Shown: positions 18,486 to 27,211 of the stretch, piece by piece | Numbering within the stretch: the first letter of the stretch is position 1 | Layout: each line of letters opens with the position of its first letter | NCBI GenBank assembly: GCA_963817955.1 | Contig: CAWFQK010000007.1 | Span: forward strand, 1-64,000 | Direction: 5' to 3' | Source: an uncultured Gemmatimonadaceae bacterium | GTDB taxonomy: Bacteria; Gemmatimonadota; Gemmatimonadetes; Gemmatimonadales; Gemmatimonadaceae | DNA: 64,000 nucleotides | Notes under the pieces: model-generated | What the model was told of the DNA's origin: nothing | Databases searched by the model: none | What the model saw: the letters and a program-made list of their open reading frames with translations, nothing else | Program-made: the position numbers and the translations under genes

Positions 18486-20555
18486 TTACCAGACGACCGC
18501 CCTCTTCTCTGCCGGCCTCAGCATGCTATCCCCGTCCTTGCATCCCCATGCCTTGGCGAACTCCGGCATGTTGCTCAATGGGCCGTTGACGCGCCATAAG
18601 GCCGGCGCGTGCGGATCGCTCTTTACCTGCGCTTTTGCGGCTTCGTTACGCTGCAAGGTGCGCCAGACCTGCGCCCAGCCGAGGAAGAAGCGTTGCTCCG
18701 GCGTGAATCCATCGATGTTCGGTTGCCGGCCCTTTGCCTGCATCGACTTCTCCATCGCCAGGTAGGCGATCTTCAGTCCGCCGAGATCGCCAATGTTCTC
18801 GCCGAGCGTGAGGCGACCGTTCACGTGGGTCGTGGAGTCGACGATGGTGTAGGCATTGAATTGGTCGACTACGCGCTGCGCCTGTGCGTTGTACTTGTCG
18901 CCGTCTTCCTTGGTCCACCAGTCGCGCAAGTTGCCCTTTGCGTCGAAGCGGCGCCCTTGATCATCGAACCCATGCGACATCTCATGGCCGATCACCGCAC
19001 CCATTGCGCCGTAATTCACGGCGTCGTCGGCGTTTGCGTCGTAAAACGGCGGCTGGAGAATGCCGGCCGGGAACACGATCTCGTTCCAGAGCGGGTTGTA
19101 GTACGCATTCACTTGATCGACCGTCATGCCCCACTCGGTCTTGTCGATCGGCTTGCCAACCTTGGCCCAGCTGATGGCTCGCGACCACGTGGAGGCGCGA
19201 TGCAGATTGCCGCTGTATTCGCCGCGCTGCACGTCCAGCTTGGAGTAATCGCGCCATTTGTCGGGGTAGCCGATCTTGCGCGTGAACGCGTCGAGCTTGG
19301 TGATCGCCTGCTTCTTCGTCGAGTCGCTCATCCAGTCGAGCTGCCCGATCTGGTCATGGAGCACCGACACCATGTTGTCCACGATCGCCTTGGCTCGCGC
19401 CTTGGCCGCGGGTGGGAAGGTCTTGTTCACGTATTGCTGGCCGACGGCCTCGCCCAGCACGCCCATCGTGGTGTTCGTGCAACTCTTCCAGCGTGGCAGC
19501 CGCTCCTTCTGCCCCGTGAACAGCTTGCGAAACGCAAAGCTCTCGTCGGCGAATCGCTTGGGCAGCGCGCCCGCCGAGCTGCTGAGGAGGCGCCAGCGGA
19601 GCAGCGTCTTCCAGTTCTCTACCGGGATGGACGTGAGATAGCCATCCATCGCTTTGAAAAAGTCGGGCTGCGCGACGTTCACCTCGGTCACGGCCGGAGC
19701 CTTTTGCGCCGCGAGAAAGGACTTCCACTTCAGGTGGGGGGTGAGCGAATCGAACTGAGCAATCGTCATCAGATGATAGATCGCCGTCGGATTGCGCATC
19801 GTCACGGGGTCCATCGACGCGTTCGCGAACTTCGTTTCCATGTCGAGCACCGTACGCGCATGCGTAGCGGCGTCGGCGCCATTCTCGCCGTACAGCTCGA
19901 ACATCTTCGTGACGTGTGCCACGAATGCGTCGCGGATCTTCTGCATACTCGTGTCGGCCGAGAGGTAGTAGTCCCGCTGGCCGATCGAGAGGCCGCCCTG
20001 GCCGGCGTTGGCGATCAGGCGACTGGAATTCTTGAGGTCGGGGCCGGCGCCAATGCCGAACGGCGCGAGACCATCTCTTTCTTCGAGGTCGGCCATGGCT
20101 GCGGGCAGATCCGCCGAGGAAGAGATCTTGTCGATGCGGGACATCGACGCCACGAGGGGCGTGGTATCGAGTCGCTCGATTGCTACCGTGTCCATGCACG
20201 CGTCGTAAAACGCGCCGATGCGGTACAGGTTCGTCCCCGGCTTTGCCGTTCCGGCGCGCATCGCTGTCGCGGCCGACTCGACGATCTCGTGCACGACCGT
20301 CTGATTCTTGTCCTGGAGCGTTTCGAACGAACCCCAGGAGGCGTACGCCGCGGGAATCGTATTGTGCTTCAGCCAGCCGCCGTTGGCGAAGGTGTAGAAA
20401 TCGGTACAGGCCGCGCAGGTGGTGTCGAGGTTGGCACGGTCAATGGCCTTGGTGGCAACCGCGGGCTTCGCGGGCTGTCCGGCCGGCTGCTGCGCGCGGG
20501 CCGTGCCCGCAGCCAACAGGCCGAGCAATGAGACGCGAGTCAGTATGTGTCGCAT
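18486..20555 (-). CDS. M13 family zinc endopeptidase, secreted (paralog of 7089-9146)
   Basis: Signal peptide MRHILTRVSLL...ARA-Q; VNAYY, HEMSH, GENIGD, HAP. Confidence 0.95.
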   Translation of the reverse strand: MRHILTRVSLLGLLAAGTARAQQPAGQPAKPAVATKAIDRANLDTTCAACTDFYTFANGGWLKHNTIPAAYASWGSFETLQDKNQTVVHEIVESAATAMRAGTAKPGTNLYRIGAFYDACMDTVAIERLDTTPLVASMSRIDKISSSADLPAAMADLEERDGLAPFGIGAGPDLKNSSRLIANAGQGGLSIGQRDYYLSADTSMQKIRDAFVAHVTKMFELYGENGADAATHARTVLDMETKFANASMDPVTMRNPTAIYHLMTIAQFDSLTPHLKWKSFLAAQKAPAVTEVNVAQPDFFKAMDGYLTSIPVENWKTLLRWRLLSSSAGALPKRFADESFAFRKLFTGQKERLPRWKSCTNTTMGVLGEAVGQQYVNKTFPPAAKARAKAIVDNMVSVLHDQIGQLDWMSDSTKKQAITKLDAFTRKIGYPDKWRDYSKLDVQRGEYSGNLHRASTWSRAISWAKVGKPIDKTEWGMTVDQVNAYYNPLWNEIVFPAGILQPPFYDANADDAVNYGAMGAVIGHEMSHGFDDQGRRFDAKGNLRDWWTKEDGDKYNAQAQRVVDQFNAYTIVDSTTHVNGRLTLGENIGDLGGLKIAYLAMEKSMQAKGRQPNIDGFTPEQRFFLGWAQVWRTLQRNEAAKAQVKSDPHAPALWRVNGPLSNMPEFAKAWGCKDGDSMLRPAEKRAVVW

Positions 20556-20805
20556 GGGAGGGAGTGGGGGGGGAGATGAGCCAATTATGACCAGCACGTT
20601 CTGTCTTCGCTCATATGGATCTAACACCGGGCCAGCTCCAGTGGCAGCGCGCCACTTGGCAGGACGCAAGGACGCAGGTTCAACTTTCATCACCAAGGTG
20701 TCGATCCTCATGCGAGCCAGCGGCGTGCCTGTGTTGCGCCGTGGCGGCCGACTCGTATGAAATCGTACGCATCGCCAGCACCCTGTTCCCCCCCCCGGCA
20801 GCCGC

Positions 20806-22242
20806 ATGTTTCGATTTCCACGTGTGCTTCTTGGCGCGACAACACTCGCTGTTGCGTTCGCCGTCGGCGCAGCCTCATCGCAGGCACCGCAATCCGGCGT
20901 CCGGCCGCTCGCTCATTCGCGCCAGGTGCTGCCCAATGGTCTCGTGGCGCTGTTCAACGAGGATCACTCATCGCCCGTGGTTGCCGTGGACGTCTGGTAT
21001 CACGTCGGCGCGAAGAACGAGTTGCCCGGGAAGACGGGGTATGCCCACCTCTGCGAACATCTGATGAACGAGGGCTCGCCGAACGAACCGCTGGCTGAAA
21101 AGAACTTCGTGCAATCAATCGGCGGGACATCGACGCGGTGGGCGACCACCACGGAAGACATCATGCACTTCTTCGCCACGGTGCCGCGGAACCAGCTCGA
21201 GACCATGCTCTGGCTCGAGTCTGATCGCATGGCGGCGCCGATGGCGCACGCCGACGATCAGCGACTCGCAATGGTGCGGGATGCGATCCGGCAGGAGCGG
21301 ACGCAGGATCGCGAAGGGCAGGTGTTCGGCCTCGCGAAAGCGCTCTCGCTTCCATGGCTCATGGATGTACCGTATCGGATCGACCCGCTCGGCCCGATGA
21401 CGGATCTGAACGGGGCTACCGTCGCGGACGTCAAGCAGTTCTGCCTTCCGTATTTCGTTCCGAACAATGCCGTGATTTCGTTGAGCGGCGATTTTTCGAC
21501 GGCGCAGGCCGCGATGCAGGTCAAGAAGTATTTCGGAGGCATCGCGCGCGGCCCGGCACCGCCTCGTCCGGCGGTGACTCCACTGCATCGCGCGGCGCAG
21601 CAGCGACTCGTGCTCGAGGACGCGCGGGCAGGGGGTGCCTTCCGCTTGCGGCTCTTATGGGCAGGCGCAGCGTTTTCATCGCCGGACCGTCTGGCGCTCA
21701 TGGCGCTGGGTTCCGTGTTGTCGCGCGATCGAACCGGACGTCTCACGAAGGCGCTGGTGTACGATCGTCCGCTTGCCACACGCGTTCTCGCGCAGCATTT
21801 CGACTTTGAGCAAGCGGGTATTTTCCAGGTAGAGGTCTATCCTCGTCCGAACGTTTCGCTCACGACCATCGAGCAGGTGGCGGATAGCGTGCTGGCGGCC
21901 ATCAACGAACATGGCGTTTCTGAGGACGAGCTGGTTCCCTTCAAGCGCTCCAATGCAGTCGTGGCTGTCACGACGCTTCAGTCGCGTGCGGCGCGCGCCG
22001 ACACGCTCGCTCACGGCGAGATCTTCGCCGGCGATCCCGTTGCCTACGCGACACAGGTTGCCCGCGCGAATGCACTGACGGCGGCCGATATTCTGCGCGT
22101 CGAGCGACAGTACCTTGGTGGCGACGGAGTGGTGATGAGCATGATCCCGGCAGGCAAGCTCGATCAGATCGCAAAACCGGAGCTGCCGTTCGTCAACGTG
22201 ACGAAGAACGCGACCATGCCGGGAAATCGGGTGGTGCCATGA
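20806..22242 (+). CDS. M16 (pitrilysin-like) peptidase, catalytic subunit
   Basis: Signal peptide; inverted zinc motif HLCEH; WLESDRM; PNNA. Confidence 0.92.
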   Translation: MFRFPRVLLGATTLAVAFAVGAASSQAPQSGVRPLAHSRQVLPNGLVALFNEDHSSPVVAVDVWYHVGAKNELPGKTGYAHLCEHLMNEGSPNEPLAEKNFVQSIGGTSTRWATTTEDIMHFFATVPRNQLETMLWLESDRMAAPMAHADDQRLAMVRDAIRQERTQDREGQVFGLAKALSLPWLMDVPYRIDPLGPMTDLNGATVADVKQFCLPYFVPNNAVISLSGDFSTAQAAMQVKKYFGGIARGPAPPRPAVTPLHRAAQQRLVLEDARAGGAFRLRLLWAGAAFSSPDRLALMALGSVLSRDRTGRLTKALVYDRPLATRVLAQHFDFEQAGIFQVEVYPRPNVSLTTIEQVADSVLAAINEHGVSEDELVPFKRSNAVVAVTTLQSRAARADTLAHGEIFAGDPVAYATQVARANALTAADILRVERQYLGGDGVVMSMIPAGKLDQIAKPELPFVNVTKNATMPGNRVVP

Positions 22243-23651
22243 ACGCGCGACTGGCATGGATGGTATTCGCCGGAGCCGCTGCCGTCTTGGTGGGGCATAA
22301 CGCGGGCGCGCAGGCGCTGGATCGCAGCAAGCAGCCGATTGCATCACCCGCGTCAGCGTTCAAGTTTCCTGCCGTCACGTCTCGGCAACTGGACAACGGG
22401 CTGCGCGTGATCGTCGTCGAGGAGCATGCACTTCCGCTCGTGGCGGTTCGCGCGGTGCTGGGCGTCGACTCCCTGCTCGACCCGGCAGGCAAGGAGGGCC
22501 TGCATGCCCTCACGATGGCGATGTTGCGCGAGGGCACCTCGACCATGACGACGGAGCAGCAATCCGCCGCAATTGGGGCGCTCGGAAACGATGTGTCTCC
22601 GTTGCGGTTCACGACGATCTCACAGAACCTCGATCCATCGCTCGCGCTGATGGCCGACATGCTCCTGCAACCGGCCTTCCCGCCCGCGGCGTTCGACCGG
22701 CAAAAGGCGGTGGTCGCCGAGGTGCATTCGCGCCGTCGCCTGTCTCAGGCCGCGATTGGGGTGCGCGAGTTCTATACGCATTTGCTCGGTGCGCAAGACC
22801 CGATGGCCAGAAGCATCATTGCGCCGGATGCGAGCATTTCGTCGATTGGGCTCGAGGACGTGAAGGCGTTCTATGCCGCCAACATTCGACCGAACAACGC
22901 GGCGATCATCGTTGTCGGCGACGTTCGCGCCGAGGAGGTCGTGGCACGTGTTCGCCAGTACTTCGGCGCTTGGAAGCGTGGAGCGCTGTCGCCGCGCGGA
23001 GCAACTGTGTCCGCATCGCCGACCGCGACGACGATCTACCTGTTCGATCGACCGGGTGCGCCACAGAGTTTCGTCTATGTCGGCGGTCTGGGGCCGAGTC
23101 GCTCGTCCGGGGATTTCGCTGCACTGGAGACGCTGGCCCCGGTGCTCGGTGCGTCGGCGAACAGCCGCTTGCAGCGTAGCCTCCGCGACCAGCACGCCTA
23201 CATGTATTCGGGCACGCCATTCGCCGTTCGTTGGGGCGCGGAAAGCACTCGTTCCATTCTGTACGGCTCTGCGGCTATAGGCGCGACGAAAACCGACAGC
23301 GCTCTGATCGAATGGATGCATGGATTGCGCGGCATTCGAGACAGCTCGGCGACCCAGCAGGAGATCGAAATGGCGCAATTGCGGCTGGTCGGTCTGCTGT
23401 CCGCCGAGACGGAAACGGCCGACAGTACAGCCGACCGCCTCGTGTATCTCGTGCAAAACGGCCTTCCACTGACCTACTACGATGCGTACGCAGCTCGCAT
23501 CGAGAAGGTCACGCGGGAAGCCGTAGCCGGCGCGACGCGGCGGAACATCGATCCAGACCATCTGGTCATCGTCGTGGTTGGGGATCGCAAGGTCGTCGAA
23601 CCGGCGTTGCGAGCGGCCAACATCGCACCCGTCGTGATTGTCGAGCGGTAG
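22239..23651 (+). CDS. M16 peptidase, non-catalytic partner subunit
   Basis: ATGA overlap; LDNGLRV, RPNNA, SRL..SLR motifs; no HxxEH. Confidence 0.85.
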   Translation: MNARLAWMVFAGAAAVLVGHNAGAQALDRSKQPIASPASAFKFPAVTSRQLDNGLRVIVVEEHALPLVAVRAVLGVDSLLDPAGKEGLHALTMAMLREGTSTMTTEQQSAAIGALGNDVSPLRFTTISQNLDPSLALMADMLLQPAFPPAAFDRQKAVVAEVHSRRRLSQAAIGVREFYTHLLGAQDPMARSIIAPDASISSIGLEDVKAFYAANIRPNNAAIIVVGDVRAEEVVARVRQYFGAWKRGALSPRGATVSASPTATTIYLFDRPGAPQSFVYVGGLGPSRSSGDFAALETLAPVLGASANSRLQRSLRDQHAYMYSGTPFAVRWGAESTRSILYGSAAIGATKTDSALIEWMHGLRGIRDSSATQQEIEMAQLRLVGLLSAETETADSTADRLVYLVQNGLPLTYYDAYAARIEKVTREAVAGATRRNIDPDHLVIVVVGDRKVVEPALRAANIAPVVIVER

Positions 23652-23750
23652 TGCCGGGTCGCTCTCGTCTCAGCATGCGGGAACGCGTACATTGCACGGA
23701 CGTGTAGACATCTCCCGCGCCCGTTCCCGCGCCGCATTGATCGCTTTCCG

Positions 23751-24758
23751 ATGACCGCAAAACCCAACCTCACATTGGTGACGTCGCCGCGTCCGCTTTC
23801 CGACGATCCCGTCGTGCGGAATCCCGGCATGCCGCTCGACCTCGATGTCGTTCGCGCGATCCGTGTCAATCGCAGCGCCGTCGAACGTCGCGCTGCGACC
23901 ATCCCCACGCGCCGCACAGTGAAGAAGGAGTGGCAGGCTGCCTGGCTGCTGCGGGCGATCACGTGTATCGACCTCACCACGTTGTCGGGCGATGATACGC
24001 CCGGGAACGTCCGCCGTCTCTGCGCCAAGGCGCGTCATCCGGTGCGCGACGATCTCCTGCTGGCGCTCGGCGCCACCGATCTCGGCATCACGGTTGGCGC
24101 AGTGTGTGTCTATCATGCCTTCGTGCACACCGCGGTCGAGGCGCTCGAGGGCTCGGGCATTCCCGTCGCCGCCGTGTCCACGGGCTTTCCCGCTGGTCTC
24201 ACCCCGATCGAGCAGCGCATCGCGGAAATTCGCGCCAGCGTTGCCGACGGTGCCCGCGAGATCGACATCGTCATCACGCGCGGCCATGTCCTCACGGGCA
24301 ATTACGAAGCGTTGTATGACGAGGTGCGCCGATTCCGCGAGGCCTGCGGCGACGCGCACATGAAGGCCATTCTCGCCACGGGCGAGCTCGCGACCCTCGG
24401 CAATGTGGCGCGCGCCAGCGTCGTGGCCATGCAGGCGGGCGCTGACTTCATCAAGACGTCCACGGGAAAGGAGGGTGTGAATGCCACTCTTCCGTTTGGC
24501 GTCGTGATGTGCCGCATGATCCGCGAATACTTCGAGCAGACCGGCTATGCCGTCGGGTTCAAGCCCGCGGGCGGCATTCGCTCGGCGAAGAACGCGCTCG
24601 AATACTTCTACATGATGAAAGAGGAACTCGGCGACCGTTGGCTGCGCCCCGATCTCTTTCGGTTCGGGGTGAGCTCGTTGCTCACCGACATCGAGCGCCA
24701 GCTCGAGCACTTCGTTACTGGCCGTTACGCCGCGGCGTATCGTCAGCCCATGCCATAA
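23751..24758 (+). CDS. deoC: Deoxyribose-phosphate aldolase
   Basis: IDLTTL, STGFPAG, GAREIDIVI, GADFIKTSTGK, GFKPAGG, FRFG. Confidence 0.95.
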   Translation: MTAKPNLTLVTSPRPLSDDPVVRNPGMPLDLDVVRAIRVNRSAVERRAATIPTRRTVKKEWQAAWLLRAITCIDLTTLSGDDTPGNVRRLCAKARHPVRDDLLLALGATDLGITVGAVCVYHAFVHTAVEALEGSGIPVAAVSTGFPAGLTPIEQRIAEIRASVADGAREIDIVITRGHVLTGNYEALYDEVRRFREACGDAHMKAILATGELATLGNVARASVVAMQAGADFIKTSTGKEGVNATLPFGVVMCRMIREYFEQTGYAVGFKPAGGIRSAKNALEYFYMMKEELGDRWLRPDLFRFGVSSLLTDIERQLEHFVTGRYAAAYRQPMP

Positions 24759-24771
24759 CGCCGGAGACGAC

Positions 24772-27171
24772 ATGGCGACTGTAGCCGAGATCTTTGAAAC
24801 GATGGAATACGGCCCCGCGCCGGAGAGCGACAAGGACGCAGTGTCCTGGCTGCGGACGCACGAGTCCGTGTTCGGACACTACATCAATGGCCGGTGGACC
24901 GAGCCCGGGACATTGTTCGACGTCGTCAATCCTGCCACGAACACGAGCATCGCGCGCGTCACCAACGGCACGGCCGGCGACGTCGCGACCGCGGTTGCCG
25001 CGGCGCGCGCCGCGCTTCCGGCATGGAAGGGGCTGACCCCGCATGCGCGCGCTCGTTACTTGTATGCACTCGCGCGCGGCGTGCAGAAACACTCGCGGTT
25101 GCTCGCGGTGCTCGAGAGCCTGGACAACGGCAAGTCGATCCGTGAAACGCGGGACATTGACGTGCCGCTGGTGGCGCGGCACTTCTACCACCATGCGGGC
25201 TGGGCGCAGCTGCTCGGCAGCGAGTTCGCCGGCTATGAGGCGATCGGCGTCGTTGGTCAGATCATTCCGTGGAATTTCCCGCTGCTCATGCTTGCCTGGA
25301 AGATCGCGCCGGCATTAGCAGGTGGTAATACTATTGTTCTGAAGCCAGCGGAGTTCACGCCGCTCACCGCGCTCTGTTTCGCGGAGATCGCCGACGAGGC
25401 CGGCATTCCGGCCGGTGTGATCAACATCGTGACTGGGCATGGCGACACGGGCGCTGCGATCGTCGACCATCCCGACGTCGACAAGATTGCCTTTACAGGA
25501 TCCACGGACGTCGGGCGCATCATTCGAAAGGCGACGGCCGGCACCGGCAAGAAGCTCAGTCTGGAGCTCGGCGGCAAGAGCCCGTTCATCGTCTACGATG
25601 ACGCCGATCTTGATAGTGTGGTGGAGGGCGTGGTCGACGCCATCTGGTTCAATCAGGGACAAGTGTGTTGTGCCGGGTCGCGCTTGCTGATGCAGGAGGG
25701 AATCGCCGAACGTCTCGTGGCGAAGCTGCGCATGCGCATGGAGAAGCTCAGGGTGGGTGCGCCGCTCGACAAGTCGATGGATATGGGGGCGATCGTCGCT
25801 CCGGTACAGCTCGAGCGCATCAGGGGACTCGTGCAGCAGGGTGTCGACGAAGGAGCACTGATGTGGCAGCCATCGTGGGCATGCCCCACGGAGGGTTGCT
25901 TCTACCCGCCGACGCTCTTCACCAACGTCCAGCCCGCGTCGACCATCGCGCAAGTCGAGATTTTTGGTCCCGTCCTCGTGGCGATGACGTTCCGCACCCC
26001 CGACGAATCAGTCGCGCTCGCGAACAACACACCATATGGCCTCGCGGCCAGCGTGTGGACGGAGAACATCAACCTCGCGCTCGACATTGCGCCAAAGATC
26101 AAGGCGGGCGTGGTGTGGATCAATTCTACGAACTTGTTCGACGCTGCCGCCGGTTTTGGCGGGTATCGCGAAAGCGGGTTCGGACGCGAGGGTGGCAAGG
26201 AAGGGATGTGGGAGTACGTGAAGCGGGTGGTCAAGGATGAGGGACGAGCGGCGCACCTGTCGAAGAAAGCAACGGTCGCCAAGCGCTCCGCCGCGCACGT
26301 CCCCGCTCGCCAATCGCCTCTTCCCCTCATCGATCGCACGCCAAAGCTCTTCATTGGCGGCAAACAGGCTCGTCCCGATTCCGCCTACTCGCGCCGCGTC
26401 CTCGCGCCGGACGGCACGGTCCTCGGCGAGGTGGGCGAAGGAAACCGCAAGGACATTCGCAATGCCGTCGAGGCGGCGCACGCCGCGAACGGCAAGTGGT
26501 CGCGTTCCACGGGACACAACCGCAGCCAGATTCTCTACTACATCGCCGAGAACCTTTCCGTGCGTGCCGAAGAATTTGCGTCGCGCATTGACAGCATGAT
26601 CGGCGGCGGTGCGAAACGCGCTCGTTTGGAAGTGGACGCGTCGATTTCGCGCCTGTTCACGTACGCTGCATGGGCTGACAAATATGACGGCGCCGTGCAC
26701 AGTGTGCCAATTCGCGGTGTTGCGATCGCGATGAACGAGCCAATCGGCGTCATCGGCCTTGCGTGTCCCGATGCGTACCCGCTGCTCGGCATGATCTCAC
26801 TCGTTGCGCCGGCGATTGCCACCGGCAACACCACCATCGTCATCCCGTCGCAGGAACATCCACTGGCAACCACGGATTTCTACAGCGTGCTGGAGACGTC
26901 CGATGTACCGGCCGGCGTGGTGAATATCGTGACTGGTGACAAGGACGCATTGGCGAAGGTGCTTGCCGAGCACGACGACGTCGAAGCGATGTGGTACTTC
27001 GGGCACCGCGACGGAGTGAAGATGGTGGAGCTGGCCTCCGCGTCGAACATGAAGCGGACCTGGGCCTCCTGGCATGAACGCGATTGGCCCGATACCAGCG
27101 ATGGCGAAGGCCGAGAATTTCTTCGCGCATCCACTCAAGTGAAGAACATCTGGGTGCCGTACGGGGAGTAA
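24772..27171 (+). CDS. Two-domain aldehyde dehydrogenase (ALDH16-like)
   Basis: IPWNFP, FTGST, ELGGKSP, GQVCCAG, EIFGPV, followed by a second partial ALDH domain; 799 aa. Confidence 0.92.
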   Translation: MATVAEIFETMEYGPAPESDKDAVSWLRTHESVFGHYINGRWTEPGTLFDVVNPATNTSIARVTNGTAGDVATAVAAARAALPAWKGLTPHARARYLYALARGVQKHSRLLAVLESLDNGKSIRETRDIDVPLVARHFYHHAGWAQLLGSEFAGYEAIGVVGQIIPWNFPLLMLAWKIAPALAGGNTIVLKPAEFTPLTALCFAEIADEAGIPAGVINIVTGHGDTGAAIVDHPDVDKIAFTGSTDVGRIIRKATAGTGKKLSLELGGKSPFIVYDDADLDSVVEGVVDAIWFNQGQVCCAGSRLLMQEGIAERLVAKLRMRMEKLRVGAPLDKSMDMGAIVAPVQLERIRGLVQQGVDEGALMWQPSWACPTEGCFYPPTLFTNVQPASTIAQVEIFGPVLVAMTFRTPDESVALANNTPYGLAASVWTENINLALDIAPKIKAGVVWINSTNLFDAAAGFGGYRESGFGREGGKEGMWEYVKRVVKDEGRAAHLSKKATVAKRSAAHVPARQSPLPLIDRTPKLFIGGKQARPDSAYSRRVLAPDGTVLGEVGEGNRKDIRNAVEAAHAANGKWSRSTGHNRSQILYYIAENLSVRAEEFASRIDSMIGGGAKRARLEVDASISRLFTYAAWADKYDGAVHSVPIRGVAIAMNEPIGVIGLACPDAYPLLGMISLVAPAIATGNTTIVIPSQEHPLATTDFYSVLETSDVPAGVVNIVTGDKDALAKVLAEHDDVEAMWYFGHRDGVKMVELASASNMKRTWASWHERDWPDTSDGEGREFLRASTQVKNIWVPYGE

Positions 27172-27211
27172 CATCCTCCTGTCATTGTTGTCCCTCTTGT
27201 TGGTGCGCCGT

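Noticed and set aside
18609..20531. Long antisense ORFs (also 7137-8801, 1630-3276, 5842-7056)
   Set aside because: Shadow frames of well-supported high-GC genes; no motifs of their own
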